NCBI RefSeq assembly: GCF_000341395.1
Contig: NC_020304.1
Coordinates: forward strand, 2,910,001-2,942,000
Origin: Desulfocapsa sulfexigens DSM 10523
GTDB lineage: Bacteria; Desulfobacterota; Desulfobulbia; Desulfobulbales; Desulfocapsaceae
Direction: 5' to 3'
Length of the DNA: 32,000 nt
Below, in pieces: positions 1-8,357 of this stretch (positions within the stretch are counted from its first letter, which is position 1; each line of letters starts with the position of its first letter). The notes beneath the pieces were generated by a model that was given only the letters and a program-made list of their open reading frames with translations, ran no database searches and was not told where the DNA came from. The position numbers and the translations under genes were made by a program.

Positions 1-9
1 TTATTTTTT

Positions 10-1482
10 TTAGACATTGGTACCTCTGGATGTTGAATACTTTCCGGGCAGCATTGTTTCTGCAGGTTCAGAGTGAAGCGGTAAGGTTATGATGAAGTTG
101 GTTCCTGTCCCCTTTGTTGATTCAACCCTGATCGAACCGCCCTGTTTTTTGATAATGCCGTAGACGACAGCCAGGCCAAGTCCGGTACCATTGCCAGCGG
201 TTTTGGTGGTGAAAAATGGATCGAAAACTTTGGCCAGATTTTCCGGATCTATTCCCGTACCGGTATCAGCAACGGTGATAACGGCCTTCTTTTGCTCTTC
301 ATCCTTTTCTGCTTTAATACATACAGTCCCTGGTGGTTCAGGGATGGCCTGGATTGCATTGATTGTAAGATTAAGCAGGGCTTCAACCATTTTTTGCACG
401 TCGACGTAGAGTACTACATCTTCGGGGATATCCGTCTCTATATTGATACCTGTTGGAATTTCACTGGCAACAAGGAGTTTCACTTTGTTTACGATTTTTG
501 CTAGCTGACAGGGTTGAGAGGAAAAAGTATGGGCTCTGGAAAATTCCAACAGACCACGGACAATTTCTCCAGCACGCTGTGTTTCCTGATCGATGGTTTT
601 TAGCATCCTGGCAACAAAAGAATCCTTATCATCACCCATATTCGCAAGAGCCAGCTGGCAGGAGGTGGAAATATTATTGAGGGGATTGTTAATCTGATGG
701 GCCGTGCCAGATGCCAGGGTGCCGATTGATGAAAGTTTTTTGGCCTGGAAAAGCTGCTCCTGCTGCTCTTCCAGGTCAGTGACCATTTTATTAAAGGCAC
801 GCAGGACACTACGAACCTCTCCTTTTTTATCATCTACAGACAGCCGGGAAAAAGTACCATTGGCAATATCAATTGCAGCGTTTTCAACCTTTTTTAATGG
901 CTTAACGATTGAGGTATAGAGGAGGGAAATGGTGAAAACAGACAAAAGTACAAGAAAGAGTACAGTGTTTATAAGTCGAATGGTAAATTTCTCAATAAAG
1001 ACGGTCATCTTATTTTGTTCAAAAAGAACAAGGTCTTCAGTGATGTTGACAAGTTCCTGTCCAAGGCTACGAACTTTTTCCCGTAAGGGACAGACGGTGA
1101 CATCCTGTCCAATGGTGCATTTTCCCTTGAATTCCTTGAATGTCTCTTCATATGCCGTCAGTTTGGCGGTAAGGTCCTGCAGGTGTGTCGGGTGTGGCAT
1201 GATTTGTAAATCATCAATGACCTGGGGGACAAATTGTTGTGCCTCATCTACATATTCAAGAACTTTGTTGAAATCGGTGTTGTCATGACGAATGATGAAG
1301 TTCTTCTCATAGCGTCGTATTTCAAGGCTTATATTGCTGAGATTGCCGGCATGCATAAGCAGGGTGACATCATCATTGAACATGTTGAAATCTTTTAAAA
1401 ACGTGATCCCAACAATGATGTAGAAGAGCAGATGCAGGCAAAAACAGCCAATCATCTTCTGGCGAAGATTTAAAGCGAACAT
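10..1482 (-). CDS. Membrane sensor histidine kinase (2 TM + extracytoplasmic loop, HAMP, HisKA, HATPase_c)
   Basis: 490-aa ORF. Hydrophobic helices lie near residues 10-30 and 170-193, followed by a HAMP-like linker ([18 protein letters not shown]...). H-box [16 protein letters not shown]-terminal G-boxes DTGTGI and GNGTGLGLA. Confidence 0.9.
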   Translation of the reverse strand: MFALNLRQKMIGCFCLHLLFYIIVGITFLKDFNMFNDDVTLLMHAGNLSNISLEIRRYEKNFIIRHDNTDFNKVLEYVDEAQQFVPQVIDDLQIMPHPTHLQDLTAKLTAYEETFKEFKGKCTIGQDVTVCPLREKVRSLGQELVNITEDLVLFEQNKMTVFIEKFTIRLINTVLFLVLLSVFTISLLYTSIVKPLKKVENAAIDIANGTFSRLSVDDKKGEVRSVLRAFNKMVTDLEEQQEQLFQAKKLSSIGTLASGTAHQINNPLNNISTSCQLALANMGDDKDSFVARMLKTIDQETQRAGEIVRGLLEFSRAHTFSSQPCQLAKIVNKVKLLVASEIPTGINIETDIPEDVVLYVDVQKMVEALLNLTINAIQAIPEPPGTVCIKAEKDEEQKKAVITVADTGTGIDPENLAKVFDPFFTTKTAGNGTGLGLAVVYGIIKKQGGSIRVESTKGTGTNFIITLPLHSEPAETMLPGKYSTSRGTNV

Positions 1483-1629
1483 AGTGTTTCACTCCTGTGT
1501 AAACCGGGTAAAAAACGACCCGGTGCGAAGGCGCAATTTGATCCGGCCTTTACTCTATTTAAAAAGAACTGATACATATGTCACCCAAAGTTAAAAGGAA
1601 TGAGTATGTATTCTATTTTGCCCATGAGA

Positions 1630-1645
1630 AGCAAATTTGAGACCA
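1630..1645 (-). promoter_or_regulatory. Candidate sigma54 -24/-12 promoter facing the histidine kinase gene
   Basis: The minus strand reads TGGTCTCAAATTTGCT. GG and GC are separated by exactly 10 nt, and TGG...TTGCT fits TGGCAC-N5-TTGCW. It lies ~150 nt upstream of the ATG at 1482, with palindromes 100-160 bp further upstream. Confidence 0.35.
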
Positions 1646-1742
1646 AATGAAAAATAAAATGTGATTTTAATCATTCGCCCATTGTTGCTGATTGCAAAGT
1701 GAGTTTGTTTCATACACCCATTGGGACAGCTTGCCACCAATC

Positions 1743-1791
1743 GTTGCGTAATCGCAACAACATTGCAAGGTGCAACGTTACAATGTGTAAC
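1743..1791. promoter_or_regulatory. Three abutting perfect palindromes (putative activator/operator sites)
   Basis: GTTGCG-TAAT-CGCAAC (1743-1758), TTGCA-AGG-TGCAA (1763-1775) and GTTACA-ATG-TGTAAC (1777-1791), read directly from the sequence. Confidence 0.4.
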
Positions 1792-1886
1792 ATAGCTACT
1801 AAAGAAAAAGCTATATCTCCTTTTACTATATAAATTATTCCTCCAATCTGCTCCAGAAAGGCTCAACTCTTACCTTCGCCTAAGCT

Positions 1887-1915
1887 GTTACATCCTGCAA
1901 CGGACAAGTGTTACA
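1887..1915. promoter_or_regulatory. Direct repeat of TGTTACA flanking TGCAAC (same half-site family as 1743-1791)
   Basis: TGTTACA at 1887-1893, TGCAAC at 1896-1901 and TGTTACA at 1909-1915. Confidence 0.3.
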
Positions 1916-2058
1916 ATCATTTCACAGATCCACCTGAAAAAGGAAACAGATCTTATACGTAAATTTCAGTTCTCCTCGTAAAAAACGGCATACGGGTTGC
2001 ATCGCTGCAGACGACAAACTGTCTGGAATTAACTCATGCTTTTTTTAGGAGGAGAAGG

Positions 2059-2199
2059 ATGAAACAGGAAATAAAAAAAGAAAAAAAGAGAACAACAGTA
2101 TTTCAGGCTTCTCTGCCTGGGGGGGATCATTGTACAGGTCCGCCGAACGTTAAGGAAAAGTATAACTCTTTGATTTTAAATAATAACAAGATGTCCTGA
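2059..2199 (+). CDS. Unlisted 46-codon small ORF (leader peptide or small protein) upstream of the SLC13 gene
   Basis: AGGAGG at 2047-2052, 6 nt before the ATG at 2059. Translation is MKQEIKKEKKRTTVFQASLPGGDHCTGPPNVKEKYNSLILNNNKMS, with TGA at 2197-2199, 47 nt before the SLC13 ATG. No homology evidence. Confidence 0.3.
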   Translation: MKQEIKKEKKRTTVFQASLPGGDHCTGPPNVKEKYNSLILNNNKMS

Positions 2200-2246
2200 T
2201 TCTCTTTCAGGCATCAATAAAACCAACAAAGGATATTAAGGAAAAA

Positions 2247-4052
2247 ATGACTCTCCCTATAATTTTAGTCATGGCTGTTTTGGGCCTGGCAATTTTACTC
2301 TTTATATTTGAATGGGTGCGTGTCGATGTAGTCGGCATCATCATGATGATTATTCTTCCTCTGCTAGGGTTGGTCACCCCTAAAGAGGCCATCAGCGGTC
2401 TTTCAAGTAATGCTGTTGTTTCAATTATTGCCGTTATCATTATCGGTGCCGGCCTGGATAAAACAGGAGCCATGAATTCTCTGGCAAGGATACTGCTTAA
2501 ATTTGCAGGCAAGAGTGAGTCTCGAATTATGATCCTCATTTCTGGTACCGTAGCCTTTATTTCGAGTTTTATGCAGAACATTGGGGCTGCTGCGCTGTTT
2601 ATGCCTGCTGCTAAACGAATCTGTCGTCAGACCAACATTCCTGTTTCACGGATTCTTATGCCCATGGGATTCTGTGCTATTATCGGAGGCTGTATCACCC
2701 TGATCGGATCCAGTCCACTAATTTTAATGAACGATGTAATGAAAATTTCCGATCCTAATGTCGAGGCCTTCGGACTTTTTTCAGTGACTCCTATTGGGCT
2801 CGCTTTAATTGCTGCAGCCCTGATCTATTTTGTCCTTTTTGGTCGGTTTATTCTTCCTGCAGGTGGAGGTAGTGAGGCAGGAAGTGGCCCTATGTCCCAG
2901 GAGCTTGAAAGAACTTATCGAGACATTGGTAATCTTTTCGAGATTCAGATCCCTGAATCTTTTGAAGGGCCAAAAACACTTAAAGAACTTGAGATAAGAC
3001 CGATTTTTTTTACAAGTATTTTAAGTATCGCTTCAAAAGGTGGCGTAATAATATCTACTCCTGATTTTGCTGACACCATCCAGGGTGGGGATACGGTTAT
3101 CGTTGAAGGTCCCTCGGATCTGGTTGCTAAAATGGCCCAATCCTTTAACTGGGTGATCAAAGAAGATCTCGAGGTATTTGCTGAGAGTTTTTCTCCAAAC
3201 AATGCCGGAATTTTGGAAGCAATCATTTCACCCCGTTCCGAGTTGGTCGGTAACACTCTTCGCAGTTTCTCTTTCAGGAAAAAAAATGATGTCACACCAC
3301 TGGCCATATTCAGGAATAATAAAACCTATGTAGGTGATATCTCGACCATGACTTTACGAACCGGTGATGCACTGCTTTTACAGGGGCCCTGGGAAAAGTT
3401 TCATTACCTGAAGGAGCGTACAGATCTGGTCTTTACCGAAGAAGTCCAGGGAGAAATTCTTCGCACTGACAAAGTAAAATTTGCAGTTGGTGGTCTGGTG
3501 CTGGCCCTGACCATGATCCTTGGTTTTCATGTGCAGCTCTCCATTGCTCTTCTGGCAGGAGCGATGTTTATGGTATTAACCAAGGTGCTTTCCATTGATG
3601 AAGCTTACGAGTCTGTGGACTGGATGACTGTTTTCCTTCTTGGTGGTCTTATTCCCCTAGGTATAGCCTTTGAGAAAACAGGTGCCGCCAAGCTTATTGC
3701 CGAGACTATTATGAGTGGCCTGGGGGCAGTGTCTCCACTGATTCTCCTGAGCGTTATTGCGATTCTAACATCTTTTTTCACCCTTGTTGCCTCCAATGTG
3801 GGAGCGACGGTATTAATGGTTCCCCTGGCTATGAATATGGCTGGTGCGGCCGGAGCAGACCCTCGTATTGCAGCTTTAGTTGTGGCGGTTGCCTGTTCAA
3901 ACACCTTTATTCTTCCTACTCATCAGGTTAATGCTTTGATCATGAGACCGGGAGGGTATAAGACGAAAGATTATTTTCGGGCTGGTGCGGGAATGACAGT
4001 CCTTTATCTGGTGGTCATGATGGCTTCAATTGCTCTTTTTTATGGTCTGTAA
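2247..4052 (+). CDS. SLC13/DASS-family anion permease with two central TrkA-C (RCK_C) domains
   Basis: 601-aa ORF with two multi-helix hydrophobic halves. A ~200-aa soluble insert contains two repeats of the TrkA-C type (...GDTVIVEGPSDLV... and ...GDALLLQGPWEKF...). This is the YfbS-like architecture. Confidence 0.88.
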   Translation: MTLPIILVMAVLGLAILLFIFEWVRVDVVGIIMMIILPLLGLVTPKEAISGLSSNAVVSIIAVIIIGAGLDKTGAMNSLARILLKFAGKSESRIMILISGTVAFISSFMQNIGAAALFMPAAKRICRQTNIPVSRILMPMGFCAIIGGCITLIGSSPLILMNDVMKISDPNVEAFGLFSVTPIGLALIAAALIYFVLFGRFILPAGGGSEAGSGPMSQELERTYRDIGNLFEIQIPESFEGPKTLKELEIRPIFFTSILSIASKGGVIISTPDFADTIQGGDTVIVEGPSDLVAKMAQSFNWVIKEDLEVFAESFSPNNAGILEAIISPRSELVGNTLRSFSFRKKNDVTPLAIFRNNKTYVGDISTMTLRTGDALLLQGPWEKFHYLKERTDLVFTEEVQGEILRTDKVKFAVGGLVLALTMILGFHVQLSIALLAGAMFMVLTKVLSIDEAYESVDWMTVFLLGGLIPLGIAFEKTGAAKLIAETIMSGLGAVSPLILLSVIAILTSFFTLVASNVGATVLMVPLAMNMAGAAGADPRIAALVVAVACSNTFILPTHQVNALIMRPGGYKTKDYFRAGAGMTVLYLVVMMASIALFYGL

Positions 4053-4064
4053 ACAAAACAGCAG

Positions 4065-4096
4065 TACCCAGCTATCAGAGGTGTGATAGCTGGGTA
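4065..4096 (+). terminator. Perfect 13-bp stem hairpin between the SLC13 and NhaD genes (weak terminator or processing/stability element)
   Basis: TACCCAGCTATCA-gaggtg-TGATAGCTGGGTA. It is followed by ATTGCTTATC, which is not a strong U tract. Confidence 0.4.
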
Positions 4097-4124
4097 TTGC
4101 TTATCAAATATAAGGATACTTGAA

Positions 4125-5543
4125 ATGAAAACTTTTCTCTTGTGCTGTGTCACCTTACTTGGTGGTGCAGGTTCGGCATTTGCTGCAGGACATGGAGGTG
4201 GGGAGCCAGCGATGGCACTAACAGGCACAGCTTTTGGGTATGCCTCCCTGGCTCTTTTTGTTCTTGCTTATCTTCTTGTTATTTTTGAGGAACAGACTCA
4301 TCTGCGTAAAAGTAAGCCGGTAATGATGGCAGCAGGATTTATCTGGGTGTTGCTTGCCATTTGCTTCCGCGTGGCTGGCATCCCTCCTGAAGAGGCCCAT
4401 CATGCGATTATTAATAATATAACCGAATATGCCGAGCTGCTACTCTTTTTACTGGCGGCCATGACCTATATCAACTCCATGGATGAACGCAATGTCTTCC
4501 AGGCACTCCGTTCCTGGCTTGTTTCCAGGGGTTTTTCTTTACGTATTGTCTTCTGGATTACAGGTTTTCTTGCATTTGTAATATCCCCCATTGCTGACAA
4601 CCTGACCACGGCCCTGCTTATGGGGGCAGTGGTTATGGCGGTTGCTCCGAACAATAAAAAATTTGTCGCCCTTGCCTGTATCAATATCGTGGTTGGTGCC
4701 AATGCAGGTGGGGCTTTTTCCCCCTTTGGCGACATCACCACCCTGATGGTGTGGCAGAAGGGACAGGCTGCTTTTGGTGAGTTTTTTTTCCTCTTTATAC
4801 CGGCCCTAATCAACTGGCTTATCCCGGCGATCATTATGAGTCTCTTCGTTTCTAAAGAAACGCCTGAGGCCTTGAGCGAAAATGTCAGCATGAAATTCGG
4901 TGCCAAGAGAATAATATTTCTTTTTATGATGACAATTGTGACCGCAGTGTCCTTTCATAATTTCCTTGATCTTCCACCTGCAGCGGGCATGATGCTGGGG
5001 CTTTCCTATTTGGGCTTTTTCTCTTACTACATCAAAGTTAAGGAAAAACGTGCCCTTGAGTATGACAAACCTCTGGGTATTTCCACAAGTGGAAAAGATG
5101 ATCCCTTTGATATTTTTCAGAAAGTTGCTCGGGCCGAATGGGATACACTCCTCTTCTTTTACGGTGTTATTCTCTGCGTTGGTGGCCTTTCACAATTTGG
5201 TTACCTGGCTCTCGTTTCCCATCAGATGTACGATGGGCTTGGTGCCACAAACGCCAATATTCTGGTTGGTATTCTCTCGGCAATTGTTGATAATATTCCG
5301 GTTATGTTTGCTGTCTTGACCATGGATCCAGCCATGTCACTTGGCCAGTGGTTGCTGGTCACTCTAACTGCTGGAGTTGGTGGAAGTCTTCTTTCCATCG
5401 GTTCTGCAGCCGGTGTGGCCTTAATGGGAACCGCCCGCGGAACCTATACCTTTGGTGCCCATTTGAAATGGACACCGATTGTAGCTCTTGGCTATGCCGC
5501 AAGTATTTATGCACATATGTTCATCAATAATCGTCTTTTTTAA
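4125..5543 (+). CDS. nhaD: NhaD-family Na+/H+ antiporter (ArsB/NhaD permease superfamily)
   Basis: Polytopic membrane ORF with NhaD-like blocks (AAMTYINSMDERNVFQALRSWLV, ISPIADNLTTALLMGAVV, DNIPVMFAVL). I prefer the ATG at 4125 (MKTFLLCCVTLLGGAGSAFA, signal-like) over the track start at 4083, which lies inside the upstream hairpin. Confidence 0.82.
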   Translation: MKTFLLCCVTLLGGAGSAFAAGHGGGEPAMALTGTAFGYASLALFVLAYLLVIFEEQTHLRKSKPVMMAAGFIWVLLAICFRVAGIPPEEAHHAIINNITEYAELLLFLLAAMTYINSMDERNVFQALRSWLVSRGFSLRIVFWITGFLAFVISPIADNLTTALLMGAVVMAVAPNNKKFVALACINIVVGANAGGAFSPFGDITTLMVWQKGQAAFGEFFFLFIPALINWLIPAIIMSLFVSKETPEALSENVSMKFGAKRIIFLFMMTIVTAVSFHNFLDLPPAAGMMLGLSYLGFFSYYIKVKEKRALEYDKPLGISTSGKDDPFDIFQKVARAEWDTLLFFYGVILCVGGLSQFGYLALVSHQMYDGLGATNANILVGILSAIVDNIPVMFAVLTMDPAMSLGQWLLVTLTAGVGGSLLSIGSAAGVALMGTARGTYTFGAHLKWTPIVALGYAASIYAHMFINNRLF

Positions 5544-5554
5544 TGAGGGAAGTC

Positions 5555-5896
5555 ATGGAATACTGTATACCCGAAGAGGTGATGGGACAACTGTATATAA
5601 ATCAGTTTGCAACGGAAGATGAAGCTATGGACCGGAGGATTCTCTCCGTTGTCCGTGCCGCCAGCCAACCGGTAAAAACGAAAAAAAAACTGCCCGATCC
5701 AATCACCCATCTCAAACAGGTAATGGAAGAGAGGGGGCTTCGTAACAGGGACTTGAAAATTTACATAGGCAGTTCAGGAAATGTCAGTGCGATACTGAAG
5801 CGTAGACAGGCTTTGTCTTTGCGGATGATTCGTAACCTCAATAAGTACCTCAATATTCCTGCTGAGATACTAATTCAACCCTATGACTGTCGTTGA
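5555..5896 (+). CDS. HigA-like (COG5499-type) XRE helix-turn-helix protein with no partner toxin
   Basis: C-terminal HTH: LKQVMEERGLRNRDLKIYIGSSGNVSAILKRRQALSLRMIRNLNKYLNIPAEILIQ. GAGGGA lies 4 nt before the ATG at 5555. An alternative ATG at 5543 overlaps the nhaD stop (TAATG). Confidence 0.65.
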   Translation: MEYCIPEEVMGQLYINQFATEDEAMDRRILSVVRAASQPVKTKKKLPDPITHLKQVMEERGLRNRDLKIYIGSSGNVSAILKRRQALSLRMIRNLNKYLNIPAEILIQPYDCR

Positions 5897-5962
5897 ATTA
5901 TTAACTGGAATGCTGCAATAAAGAGAAGAGGGACAGCTGTTTTTTGTAGCTGCCACATATAA

Positions 5963-7993
5963 ATGAGCTTTTTTTCAAAGAAAGAAACTGAAACCAAGTT
6001 GTCGGGGGCTGAGAGGCCGGTCAGTTCCCGGCAGCTTGATGATTTGAAAACCAGAGTGGCTAATACCGATTTGCCGCTCTCGGTTGCCCGTCAAGTTACG
6101 AGCGAAATGGAACACCTGGGGAAAATTGACCCATTTGTTGCCGAATTTTCCATAGGAGTCACCTATGTCGAATTACTGCTCTCTCTACCGTGGTTCAAGG
6201 AAACTAAAGATGATCTTGATCTCAACCGCGCTGAGACTATCATGGCCTCACACCATTACGGGCTCGACGCGGTCAAGACACGGATTCTGGAATACCTTGC
6301 TGCAAAGAGTTTGAAGAATCATCAGAAGTCCAGGATACTCATTGTAGATGACGAAGAAGTTGCCCGCAATAATCTTCATCTCTATTTTACAGGTATGGGC
6401 CATACCGTGCGGGTTGCTGTCAATGGTGTGGATGCCCTGCAGCAGGTAGAAGAGAACGATCATTTTGACGTGATGATCACAGATCTGAAAATGGATAAAA
6501 TGGATGGACTTACCCTGATTGACAGGATTAGTAAGGCCTCTCCTGAGACCAGTGTGATTATGGTTACCGGATACGCAACGGTTGCTAATGCTGTCGATGC
6601 CATGCGCAAAGGTGCTACCCATTATTTATCAAAGCCGGTTCAGCTAGACAAACTGAAAGAGACTGTTGAGGAGGTACTGCAGAAACAGAAGAAATTGCAG
6701 ATCAGCCAGGGGCCGGTGCTTTGTTTTGCAGGTCCCCCTGGTACTGGGAAAACATCCATAGGACAGGCAGTGGCTACTTCCCTTGGGCGAAAATTTATTC
6801 GGATATCCATGGGAGGCTTACGTGATGAGGCTGAAATTCGAGGCCATCGGAGAACCTATGTGGGTGCCATGCCAGGGCGTATCATCAGTGAAATCAAACG
6901 GGCTGGAGTGAATAACCCCTGTATCATGCTTGATGAGATTGACAAGATCGGCCAGGATTTTCGCGGTGATCCTGCATCTGTTCTTTTGGAAGTACTCGAT
7001 CCGGAACAGAATGGGAGTTTTAGTGATCAGTACCTTGATGTTCCCTTTGACCTTTCCGGCGTCCTCTTTATCGCCACCGCAAATGACATTAGTAAGTTGC
7101 CAGGTCCTCTGCTGGATCGACTGGAGGTGATCGATTTCTCCAGCTATTCTTTAGAGGAAAAACTGGTTATTGCCAGGAAATATCTTCTCCCCAAGCAGGT
7201 AGCTGCAAACGGCCTTGGTGAGAGTAATCCACAGATCAGTGACAAGGCCTTTGAAAAACTTATTATTGAATATACACAGGAGTCTGGAGTACGGGGCCTC
7301 ACCCGGGAAATTGGAACAATCTGTCGTAAACTCGCCCTTCAGGTTATTCAGAAAAATGCAACTGTCTTGCCCGAAATAGATGAGAGTTCGATCACGTCCC
7401 TGCTCGGGCCGCGTAAGTATCGGCAGGAAGCCGCTGATGGTGAAGACAGGGTGGGGGTGGTAACCAGTTTGGTCTGGACTCGTTTTGGTGGTGGAATTAT
7501 GTTTATTGAAGCTTTGCGGATGCAGGGCAACACCAATCTTATACTTACCGGATCACTCGGGGAAGTGTTACGTGAATCTGCTCAAACGGCTCTTAGTTAC
7601 ATAAGGAGTAATGCCAAGCAACTGGGTATTGATCCTGACTTCTATGAACATTCTGACATTCATGTTCATCTTCCTGCTGGTGCAGTTTCAAAAGACGGCC
7701 CTTCAGCAGGTTTGGCCATTGGTATTTCTCTTATCTCCCTTCTTACTGGGCGTCCGGTATGTCGTACGGTCTCAATCACTGGTGAGATGACCTTGACTGG
7801 TTATGTCCTGCCAGTGGGTGGAATTCGTGAGAAACTTCTGGCTGCTCTTCGTTCCGGTTGCACCAAGGTTGTTCTGCCTGCAGAAAATCGTGAGGATGTA
7901 GCCTCATTAAGTGATGATGTTACCGGACACCTGGAACTGGTTTATGTTGAAACATTGGACGATGCAATTCCACATCTGCTTTGTGCTCAGTAA
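5963..7993 (+). CDS. LonA-type ATP-dependent protease lacking the N-terminal LON domain, with an inserted receiver (REC) domain
   Basis: Residues 1-120 resemble the Lon pre-AAA helical region (HHYGLDAVKTRILEYLAAK). Walker A is GPPGTGKTS, followed by RGHRRTYVGAMPGRII, DEIDK and GDPASVLLEVLDPEQN. The protease domain has KDGPSAGLA (catalytic Ser) and GGIREKLLAA (Lys). Confidence 0.9.
   Translation: MSFFSKKETETKLSGAERPVSSRQLDDLKTRVANTDLPLSVARQVTSEMEHLGKIDPFVAEFSIGVTYVELLLSLPWFKETKDDLDLNRAETIMASHHYGLDAVKTRILEYLAAKSLKNHQKSRILIVDDEEVARNNLHLYFTGMGHTVRVAVNGVDALQQVEENDHFDVMITDLKMDKMDGLTLIDRISKASPETSVIMVTGYATVANAVDAMRKGATHYLSKPVQLDKLKETVEEVLQKQKKLQISQGPVLCFAGPPGTGKTSIGQAVATSLGRKFIRISMGGLRDEAEIRGHRRTYVGAMPGRIISEIKRAGVNNPCIMLDEIDKIGQDFRGDPASVLLEVLDPEQNGSFSDQYLDVPFDLSGVLFIATANDISKLPGPLLDRLEVIDFSSYSLEEKLVIARKYLLPKQVAANGLGESNPQISDKAFEKLIIEYTQESGVRGLTREIGTICRKLALQVIQKNATVLPEIDESSITSLLGPRKYRQEAADGEDRVGVVTSLVWTRFGGGIMFIEALRMQGNTNLILTGSLGEVLRESAQTALSYIRSNAKQLGIDPDFYEHSDIHVHLPAGAVSKDGPSAGLAIGISLISLLTGRPVCRTVSITGEMTLTGYVLPVGGIREKLLAALRSGCTKVVLPAENREDVASLSDDVTGHLELVYVETLDDAIPHLLCAQ
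6332..6682 (+). other. Receiver domain inserted within the Lon ORF (residues ~124-240)
   Basis: RILIVDDEE (acidic pair), DVMITDLKMDKMDG (phospho-acceptor Asp ~174), VIMVTGY (Thr) and YLSKP (Lys). All canonical REC signature positions are present. Confidence 0.85.
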
Positions 7994-8027
7994 AGATTTT
8001 CACCTCATATAGTAATGGGACTTCTCT

Positions 8028-8067
8028 GGCTCCACGAAAGACTCTCTTCTTTCATGGAGCCTTTTTT
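8028..8067 (+). terminator. Rho-independent terminator after the Lon gene
   Basis: GGCTCCACGAAAG / CTTTCATGGAGCC stem (13 bp, 1 mismatch) with an 8-nt loop, followed by TTTTTT. Confidence 0.65.
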
Positions 8068-8249
8068 ATAGAAACTCCCTTTGATTGCTATTGTTGTATT
8101 CTGTTACGCGGTTTCATTCTGCAACAGTATTTCCCCAGTAAACAGCTTGTTTTTGTTTAATTGTTGTTATTTCGGTTGATTACCTGTGTCTTCCTTTTTT
8201 TGTTCCCTTCAGTCAGACGTTTTTCCATCAGCGTAAGTGAAAAAGAGTG

Positions 8250-8262
8250 TTGCAGGCTGCAA
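8250..8262. promoter_or_regulatory. TTGCA-N3-TGCAA palindrome (putative enhancer site) ~100 bp upstream of the sigma54 promoter
   Basis: TTGCAGGCTGCAA has the same TTGCA-N3-TGCAA arrangement as 1763-1775. Related half-sites are TGTTACG (8102-8108), TGCAACA (8120-8126) and TGTAACA (8275-8281). Confidence 0.4.
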
Positions 8263-8357
8263 TGATCCGAGGAATGTAACATTTTCTCAAAACGTAGAAT
8301 CCCCATGGGAGCAGTGTAATGTGCTGACAATACAGGATAAAAGAAAGTTGTTCAATC

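Noticed and set aside
1591-1866. 91-aa minus-strand ORF in the 1483-2246 gap
   Set aside because: It has no SD and an odd composition, and it is built largely from the palindromic repeat array (1743-1791). That array is better explained as regulatory DNA, so the ORF is treated as non-coding.
1995-2008. Plus-strand GG-N10-GC (cGGGttgcatcgcTGCAg) as a sigma54 promoter for the small ORF / SLC13 gene
   Set aside because: Only the GG and GC dinucleotides and part of the -12 box match. There is no T before GG and no CAC. It is too weak to call, and the nearby ctGGaattaactcatGC has the wrong (11-nt) spacing.
5543-5962. Search for a HigB-type toxin ORF next to the HigA-like gene
   Set aside because: No ORF of suitable size exists on either strand. 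Upstream is nhaD and downstream is a 66-nt gap, hence the gene is described as an orphan.
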